Shown here in pieces: positions 57,570 through 64,000 of a stretch of DNA of 64,000 bases (within the stretch, counting starts at the first letter, position 1; each line of letters starts with the position of its first letter). The notes under the pieces were generated by a model. It saw only the letters and a program-made list of their open reading frames with translations, was not told the origin of the DNA and ran no database searches. This DNA is from Thermotogota bacterium (GTDB lineage Bacteria > Thermotogota > Thermotogae > Petrotogales > Petrotogaceae), in the NCBI GenBank assembly GCA_051748045.1, contig JBNJGY010000001.1, positions 126,774 to 190,773 on the forward strand. Direction: 5' to 3'. Both the position numbers and the translations under genes were made by a program.

Positions 57570-59393
57570 TTATCTACCAAAAAATTCATCTAATTTTTTA
57601 TATGACATGTTCATCATAATAGGCCTGCCATGAGGGCAGGTTTTTAATTTCATACTAAACACATCATCTACTAACTTTTCAAACCCTACAACATCATCTC
57701 CTGTTTTTACAGCACTTCTACAAGCCATTGTTGCAAGTGCATCTTCATGAATTTTATGAAGAGATTCAATACCTTCTAGTTTTAAAGTATCCAGTATTTC
57801 CCTAATCATTAATTGTGGTTTTTTTATTTTTATTCCCATGGGTAAAGATTTTATCTTCAAAATATTATCTTCAAATTCTATTTCTAAACCAATTTGATTG
57901 ATTATCTCTTGATGTTCTTTAATCTCCTCTACTTCTTCAAAACTTATATTTATCTCGAGGGGAATCAGTAATTTATTTTTTTTAATTCTTTTTTCTTCAA
58001 AGAATTGTTTTTTCAATTTTTCAAAAATAACTCTTTCATGAGCAGCATGAAAGTCCATAATAGTGATTTGCTCTTTATCTTCTAATAATAAGTATCTGTT
58101 ATTAGCTACACCAATTATTCTCAAAACTTTATTGTTATTGTTATTGTTTTCATTAAATGATTTGTTTTTTGAAATTGAATCTGAAACTTTTTTTTCTTCT
58201 ATAAATTCTTTTGAAAAACCATAATCTCTTTTTTGTTCGTTAAAACTAATTTGGTTACTACTATTGTCATGATTTTTATTTTGATAATTAGAATAATCTG
58301 AATTATCAAATGTAATATCTTTTTTTTCTATGTTTTTATCTTTTAAAAATTCTTCACTAGTATCATAATTTTTATTTTTGGTTATTCTTTCAAAACTCAA
58401 ATTGAATTTAGTTTTTTCAATTAAATTTTCTCTCAATATATTTTTTATATCTTTCATTATAATATTTTGTTCTGAAAATTTAACTTCCAATTTTTGGGGA
58501 TGGACATTTACATCAACATTATCTGAATTGACTTTCATAAAAAGAATTCCATAAGGATGTCTTGCTTTATCAAGCATTTCTCCATATCCTCTTTCAAAAA
58601 CAGAAAACAAATCACCTTCTTTAACATATCTTTTATTAACAAAAAATATTTGAGAAGATCTATTACCTCTAGTAATTTTTGGGTTAGATATCAATCCATA
58701 AATATTTCCCCATGAAGTTTTTTGATTTATATCTATCAAATCTTCTTTATTCAACTCAGGAAATAGTTTAATTAATTTATCTTGCAGTGTTTCACCTTTA
58801 CTGAATTTATAAATTAATTTTCCATTTCTTATATATTCAAAATCAATATTTTCTGACAAAATAAACTTTTCAACAATATCAGTAACTTTCCTTGATTCTG
58901 CTGAATTAGATTTTAAAAATTTTCTTCTAGCAGGAATATTATAGAAAATGTCATTAACTTCAATCTTAGTCCCTCTACTTTTAGTAATTTCTTTATTATT
59001 TATTTCTTTTCCTGCTATATAAGTCAATTCATTACCTGTTAAATCATGTTCATTTTTAGAACTAATTGTCATCCTACTAACTTCTGCTATAGAAGCCAAT
59101 GCTTCCCCTCTGAAGCCAAAAGAATTGATTGAGTATAAATCCTCGAATTTATTAATTTTTGATGTTGTATGAGGTTTTACAGCCATCCTCATATCTTCTA
59201 AACTCATACCATAGCCATTATCTTCAACTATTATTTTACTTTTTCCACCATCAATAATTTCAACTTTTATTTCATCAGAACCAGCGTCAATAGAATTTTC
59301 GATTAATTCTTTTACAACATTATAAGTTCCAGATATGACTTCTCCTGCAGCTATTTTTACTATAATATCATCTGGTAACTTTTTTATTATCAT
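57570..59393 (-). CDS. mutL: DNA mismatch repair endonuclease MutL
   Basis: IAAGEVI, KELIENSIDAG, DNGYG, GFRGEALAS, DVNVHP, endonuclease DFHAAHER, ACR and CPHGRP motifs. Confidence 0.97.
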   Translation of the reverse strand: MIIKKLPDDIIVKIAAGEVISGTYNVVKELIENSIDAGSDEIKVEIIDGGKSKIIVEDNGYGMSLEDMRMAVKPHTTSKINKFEDLYSINSFGFRGEALASIAEVSRMTISSKNEHDLTGNELTYIAGKEINNKEITKSRGTKIEVNDIFYNIPARRKFLKSNSAESRKVTDIVEKFILSENIDFEYIRNGKLIYKFSKGETLQDKLIKLFPELNKEDLIDINQKTSWGNIYGLISNPKITRGNRSSQIFFVNKRYVKEGDLFSVFERGYGEMLDKARHPYGILFMKVNSDNVDVNVHPQKLEVKFSEQNIIMKDIKNILRENLIEKTKFNLSFERITKNKNYDTSEEFLKDKNIEKKDITFDNSDYSNYQNKNHDNSSNQISFNEQKRDYGFSKEFIEEKKVSDSISKNKSFNENNNNNNKVLRIIGVANNRYLLLEDKEQITIMDFHAAHERVIFEKLKKQFFEEKRIKKNKLLIPLEINISFEEVEEIKEHQEIINQIGLEIEFEDNILKIKSLPMGIKIKKPQLMIREILDTLKLEGIESLHKIHEDALATMACRSAVKTGDDVVGFEKLVDDVFSMKLKTCPHGRPIMMNMSYKKLDEFFGR

Positions 59394-60109
59394 TTAAATC
59401 GCCTCTGTTTTAAAGCTTCAAACATAATAATCCCTGCACTAACAGAAACATTTAAAGATTCCACTTCGTTTAACATTGGAATAGAAACTACACCATCAGA
59501 ATGATCTTTTATATTTTTTCTGACTCCATTTCCTTCATTTCCCATAACAAGACAAAATCCACCTTTCATATCCAAATCAAAATAATTTTGACCTGACATA
59601 TCAGCAGCGTATACCCAAACATTCTTTTCTTTCAATTTATCTATAGTTCTAGATAGATTCGTAACCTGAATAATAGGTATTTTAAAAATTTGGCCTGAAG
59701 ATACTTTAATAACAGTAGAAGTTACTCCACATGAGTTATCCTTTGGTATAATAATAGCATCAACTCCACTTGCTACAGCAGATCTAACTATTGCTCCAAA
59801 GTTATGAGGGTCTTGTACTTGATCTAAAATAACAAAAAATGGTTCTTCTTTTTTAAATAATACCATTTCGTCTGAATAATTAAATTCTTTTCCTATATCA
59901 ACTACAACACCTTGATTCTTTGTGGTATCTGATAAATCTTTTAATTTTTTTGAATCAACATAATTACAGTTATGCCCTTTTTCAACTGCTAAATTATATA
60001 AGTCTTTCAAATTTTTATCTACATTATCACTTTTAGAAAAATAGATTTTTTTAACTTTATAATCATTTTCTAATATTTCTTTTAATACATTTCTTCCGTG
60101 AACATACAT
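59390..60109 (-). CDS. rlmB: 23S rRNA G2251 2'-O-methyltransferase (SPOUT)
   Basis: LDQVQDPHNFGAIVRSA, MGNEGNG and ESLNVSVSAG motifs. Confidence 0.93.
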   Translation of the reverse strand: MYVHGRNVLKEILENDYKVKKIYFSKSDNVDKNLKDLYNLAVEKGHNCNYVDSKKLKDLSDTTKNQGVVVDIGKEFNYSDEMVLFKKEEPFFVILDQVQDPHNFGAIVRSAVASGVDAIIIPKDNSCGVTSTVIKVSSGQIFKIPIIQVTNLSRTIDKLKEKNVWVYAADMSGQNYFDLDMKGGFCLVMGNEGNGVRKNIKDHSDGVVSIPMLNEVESLNVSVSAGIIMFEALKQRRFK

Positions 60110-60501
60110 TTATCAATCACCTCAAAAATTTCAGTAAGTCTTTCAAATTTTTTATCTAAATACAAATAACCTATAAGAGCCTCTAATCCTGTAGATCGTC
60201 TGTAACTTATATCATTACCTCTTTTTCCAGCGCCTTTTGAATTATACCCTCTTTTATAAATATTTCTTTCTTTTTCAGCTAGTTTTGGAAATATTTTTAA
60301 TGCAAATTCATCATGGGCTTTTGCACTTAAAAAATCTTTAGATCTTTCATTTAGCTGATATGTCTTTTTTCTGCCATCTTTTAAAATCAACAATTTATAT
60401 TTCAAAGCTATAACAGCATCTCCTATATAAGCAAAATTATCGATGGGAATTTCTCTAAAATCAGCTAATTTATTTGTTTTAAAAAAATCATCTACATTCA
60501 T
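60082..60501 (-). CDS. mrnC: Mini-ribonuclease III
   Basis: AYIGDAV, KRGYN and YRRSTGLEALIGYLYL motifs; upstream of rlmB. Confidence 0.88.
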   Translation of the reverse strand: MNVDDFFKTNKLADFREIPIDNFAYIGDAVIALKYKLLILKDGRKKTYQLNERSKDFLSAKAHDEFALKIFPKLAEKERNIYKRGYNSKGAGKRGNDISYRRSTGLEALIGYLYLDKKFERLTEIFEVIDKCMFTEEMY

Positions 60502-60513
60502 AAAATCTCTCCA

Positions 60514-61662
60514 TTAAATCAAATTTTTATAAACATTAATCAGTTTTTCTACATTTACAGTTAAAGAAAAATTATTCTCTACAAAATATTTCCCCATTGA
60601 TGATAGTTTGTTATATTCTTCTTCATTATTCAATAGTTTTAATATGTTGTGGATAAAATCATCTGCATTCAATTCAGGGATCATTATTCCACCAGTATTT
60701 TCTCTGGATAAAATATCATAAACTCCCATTTTACCAAGTGCGACTACTGGAGTACCTGAAGCTAAAGATTCTAAAACAACCAAACCCTGTGTTTCAGTGT
60801 ATGAAGCAAAAATAAATAAATCTGCTTGTTTATATGCATCAATTACTCTTTTCCTATCTTGACCACCTGTAAAAATAACATTTTGTTGTAATCCATGATT
60901 AACTACTATTTCTTCTAAATTTTCTCTTTCGTTTCCATCTCCTATAATTACAAACTTTGTATTTTTCTCTTCTTCTACAACTTTTTTAAAAACATTTTTT
61001 ATGAGAAAATCAATATTCTTTTCTTTTGCAATCCTACCAACAAAAAGAAGTATTCTATCTTCTTCGTCAATATTATATTCTTCTCTAAGGTTCCATTCAA
61101 TAGGCTTATCAAAAGAATACATATCAATGCCAGTTGGTATAACTACTATATGTTCAGAAGGAACACCATAATCAGTTAAAACCTCTTTTATATTATCCGT
61201 AGGAGCTATAACCTTGTCTAATTTCATACACCATTGTTTAATTAATTTTTTAGATTGTTCCATAGTTGGCCTAATAATCAAAGGAGCGTAATGTCTATAA
61301 TACTCATACATAGTATGATGTGTCCCAACATGTTTTAGCCCAAGGTTAGATGATAATATTCTAGCCATGATCCCCATGGAAAATGGTGCATGAGAATGAA
61401 TAACATCTAAATTTAGATTTTTAATTTTAAACAATTTTTTAGAAAAAGGCAATGCAAATCTTTGCTCTTTTTCTTTAAAATAACTAATTGCAGGAAATTC
61501 AAAAACATTTCTTTCATCTCTCTTAAAATCACTATCATATTCTGGTGCAAAAACAAAAACATTATGTCCCATTCTTTCCATCTCATCTTTATACATTTTA
61601 ACAGCTGTTGCTACCCCATTTTTTTGGGGAACGTATGTATCAGAAAACATCGCTATATTCAT
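60514..61662 (-). CDS. GT4 glycosyltransferase, 1,2-diacylglycerol 3-alpha-glucosyltransferase-like
   Basis: FSDTYVPQKNGVATAV, HSHAPFSMG, HTMYEYY, VGRIAKEKN and FASYTETQGLVVLESLASG motifs. Confidence 0.88.
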   Translation of the reverse strand: MNIAMFSDTYVPQKNGVATAVKMYKDEMERMGHNVFVFAPEYDSDFKRDERNVFEFPAISYFKEKEQRFALPFSKKLFKIKNLNLDVIHSHAPFSMGIMARILSSNLGLKHVGTHHTMYEYYRHYAPLIIRPTMEQSKKLIKQWCMKLDKVIAPTDNIKEVLTDYGVPSEHIVVIPTGIDMYSFDKPIEWNLREEYNIDEEDRILLFVGRIAKEKNIDFLIKNVFKKVVEEEKNTKFVIIGDGNERENLEEIVVNHGLQQNVIFTGGQDRKRVIDAYKQADLFIFASYTETQGLVVLESLASGTPVVALGKMGVYDILSRENTGGIMIPELNADDFIHNILKLLNNEEEYNKLSSMGKYFVENNFSLTVNVEKLINVYKNLI

Positions 61663-61668
61663 TTTTAA

Positions 61669-62679
61669 TCACCTTCTTTTAAATAATACATTATTTAATA
61701 ATAACAAAAGTCCTCCAAAAATAATTTGCATATAATATGAAGAGAACCTCCATCCAAAAACTGCAGTTAAAGCAGCTTTAGAATCTCCAGTCAACGAGCT
61801 AAGGAATATATGATAAGCTCCTTCTGTCGAACCACTTGCCCCAGGAGTTGGAATATAAAAAACAACCATATTCAATAATGCCATTCCCCCAAATATTTTC
61901 CAGTAATCCATTTCGATGTTTGGGGTAAACACGTCTACAAAATAAAACAAGGAATATGCTTGTACCATTAAAAGCATAACTCCTAAAAAAATATCAAGCA
62001 ACATTATATAAAATTTTTCATTCCATAAAAATTTTATACTTTTTTTTAACTCTACAATCCAATTTTCTAATTTTAGGCTTATATTTTTCTTTCTTATTAT
62101 TTTTATTTTTTCAAAAAATTTAACTATTTTTATTATTATCTTGCTTCTGATAAATAAAAGGAGAATAAACAAAGTTACGAATAAAGAAGTTATCAACCCT
62201 AATTGTATAAGTCTAGAAGATATATTCCCTTTATTTAAAGAATTTATAATATTATTATAGAATAACACAGCAACAAAAAAATTAGTAAACATGGTTTCTA
62301 AAAACCTAGATACCATAATATTCATTCCATGTTCATAATCCACACCTATCTTCTCATTCAAATGCCATATTTGATAGGGTTGTCCTCCAGCAGCTAATGG
62401 AGTAACAGCAGTAAAGAAAAAACCCATAACATTATTATAGGTTAATTCCAAAAAATTAGTTTTTATATTAAAATTAGAAATAATTATTTTCATTCTTAAT
62501 GCATCGATTAAGTATCCAGATGCAAAAATAGAAAAGGATATAAAAATATGATTTAATTTTATATTTTTTACTATATCTATTAGCCTGTTATTTGTTAAAC
62601 TTCCTATTATAGAAAATATCCCAATACTAATCAAAACTGCAATAATGACATAAATTATATTTTTATTGATTTTTTTTAT
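61669..62679 (-). CDS. Lysylphosphatidylglycerol-synthase TM domain / flippase-like protein (probable ATA start)
   Basis: FTAVTPLAAGGQP, IPTPGASGSTEG and WRFSSYY motifs. Extended upstream of the track TTG to ATA 62679, 7 nt after SD GAGGAGG. Confidence 0.85.
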   Translation of the reverse strand: MKKINKNIIYVIIAVLISIGIFSIIGSLTNNRLIDIVKNIKLNHIFISFSIFASGYLIDALRMKIIISNFNIKTNFLELTYNNVMGFFFTAVTPLAAGGQPYQIWHLNEKIGVDYEHGMNIMVSRFLETMFTNFFVAVLFYNNIINSLNKGNISSRLIQLGLITSLFVTLFILLLFIRSKIIIKIVKFFEKIKIIRKKNISLKLENWIVELKKSIKFLWNEKFYIMLLDIFLGVMLLMVQAYSLFYFVDVFTPNIEMDYWKIFGGMALLNMVVFYIPTPGASGSTEGAYHIFLSSLTGDSKAALTAVFGWRFSSYYMQIIFGGLLLLLNNVLFKRR

Positions 62680-62699
62680 TGTAATTCCTCCTCGCTTAT

Positions 62700-63722
62700 T
62701 TATAAGGAACTATTATAAATATCTTCAATCCTTTTAAAAGCACTTTCATCATCATATTTTGAAAATAATTCGTAAGCTTCATCTTTATATTTATTATATA
62801 GATTCTTGTTGTTTTTTAAGTCGTTTAGTATATTACCAAATTCTTTGTTATTATTCCCTGATAGATAATGAGGGGAAAATATTTTCTTGTAGACTTTTAG
62901 ATCTCTTAATAATATAGGTAAACCGCTTCCTGCTGCTTCTATAACAACAAGTCCAAAAGTTTCATGAATAGAAGGAAGAAAAAACACATCTGCCAATCTA
63001 TAATAATCTATCATATATTTTCTATCTATTGTTCCTGTAAAGGTTAAATTATCTGGGCAATTTTTCAAGATACTATTCATTTTTTCATAACCTTCTGTGG
63101 CATTTTTAAAAGGCATTCCACCTACCCAGATAAATTTCATATTTTTGTTCTGTTTCGCTATTTCATAAAAATCTTGAATTCCTTTTCTTGGTTGAATTTG
63201 ACCAGAACCTATTATTATGAAATCATCTTTATTAAAATTATGTTTTTCTCTCAATGTTTTTTTCTTATCTTTTTTATCTTCTTCATTGGTAAAAAACATA
63301 TCTTTTCTAACAAAGTTTCTAAATATACTTATTTTTTCTCTATTAATACCAAGATCTTCAATAAGTTCATTTTTTGTTTCTTCACTTACTGCTAAAATTT
63401 TGTCAGCTAAATTATAGATTATTTTTAAATAAACTCTAAAAAAAGGTAACCATAAAAAACTATATTTTAAACTTCCTTTTAAAGAATTTGGAACTATATG
63501 TGCTGTAAATATTTTAAATGACTTATTTTTATTAAACAATAAAGAAATAAATGTTTTAATATTGACAGTATGGGCGTGTATTATATCAAAATCACCAAAT
63601 ATTTTATTTTCATATACTTCATAGTTACTATATTTTTTTAAAATAAATTTATGATCTTTAGTGGCTGAATAAACTCCTTGACCTGGGTATTTCTCTGCAA
63701 TAGAAAGTATATTAATTTTCAT
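62700..63722 (-). CDS. GT4 glycosyltransferase, diglycosyl-diacylglycerol synthase (CpoA/LafB)-like
   Basis: AEKYPGQGVYSA, GSGQIQPRKG, FIWVGG and LPSIHETFGLVVIEAA motifs. Confidence 0.85.
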   Translation of the reverse strand: MKINILSIAEKYPGQGVYSATKDHKFILKKYSNYEVYENKIFGDFDIIHAHTVNIKTFISLLFNKNKSFKIFTAHIVPNSLKGSLKYSFLWLPFFRVYLKIIYNLADKILAVSEETKNELIEDLGINREKISIFRNFVRKDMFFTNEEDKKDKKKTLREKHNFNKDDFIIIGSGQIQPRKGIQDFYEIAKQNKNMKFIWVGGMPFKNATEGYEKMNSILKNCPDNLTFTGTIDRKYMIDYYRLADVFFLPSIHETFGLVVIEAAGSGLPILLRDLKVYKKIFSPHYLSGNNNKEFGNILNDLKNNKNLYNKYKDEAYELFSKYDDESAFKRIEDIYNSSL

Positions 63723-63940
63723 ATTATTCACCTCTTTGTAGTAAGCATTTATATTTTATCATACTTCAATTATATGTAATAGTTTTATTAGTAATTTTAG
63801 TTATTTTTTAATTAATTGTTTATTCATAAAATCTTTAGTTTTTAAATTTTCTCGCTGTTAAATTGACTGAAGAGATTTTCCATATTTTACTTTTTAGAAA
63901 TTTTTCACATCGATCATCCAACAAAAAAGAAAAGGATATA

Positions 63941-63973
63941 AAAAAAAGAGTCAACCGTGTGGGTTGACTCTTT
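63941..63973 (-). terminator. Intrinsic terminator of a transcript entering from beyond the right edge
   Basis: AAAGAGTCAACC-5 nt-GGTTGACTCTTT with a T tract on the minus strand. Confidence 0.8.
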
Positions 63974-64000
63974 AGTAAAGCTTGAAGGGGCGAAACCTAC

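Overview
Very AT-rich, gene-dense bacterial chromosome segment made up mostly of core and housekeeping genes. The gene content (PGK-TPI fusion, long FtsA-like actin ATPase, COG1031-type radical SAM protein, multimeric [FeFe]-hydrogenase) suggests Thermotogota, probably a low-GC Petrotogales member; this is an inference. It contains hflKC, tmk, ligA, acpS, mutS2, dxs, nusB, mutS, clpP, obgE, nadD, rsmI-xseAB, a four-gene Hnd-type [FeFe]-hydrogenase operon, copZA, gap/pgk-tpi, mreBCD-pbp2, an XRE-speD-speE operon, a GH1 glycosidase, a MATE transporter, split sdaAA/sdaAB, mutL, rlmB, mrnC, a glycolipid glycosyltransferase cluster and two tRNA-Leu genes. I saw no CRISPR array, IS element, integrase, prophage or defence system. 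The most notable observations are: (1) three genes (ligA, mutS2, a glycolipid flippase-like gene) whose natural N-termini can only be reached from non-canonical ATC/ATT/ATA starts behind good Shine-Dalgarno sites; (2) an in-frame pgk-tpi fusion with an A9 slippery run and stops in both shifted frames at the domain junction; (3) a membrane protein that appears to fuse FN3/LVIVD repeats to a FliL-like domain; (4) a candidate outer-membrane (toga) beta-barrel; (5) candidate Rex, CsoR and PuuR-type operators. All family calls come from motif recognition by eye, not from database searches.
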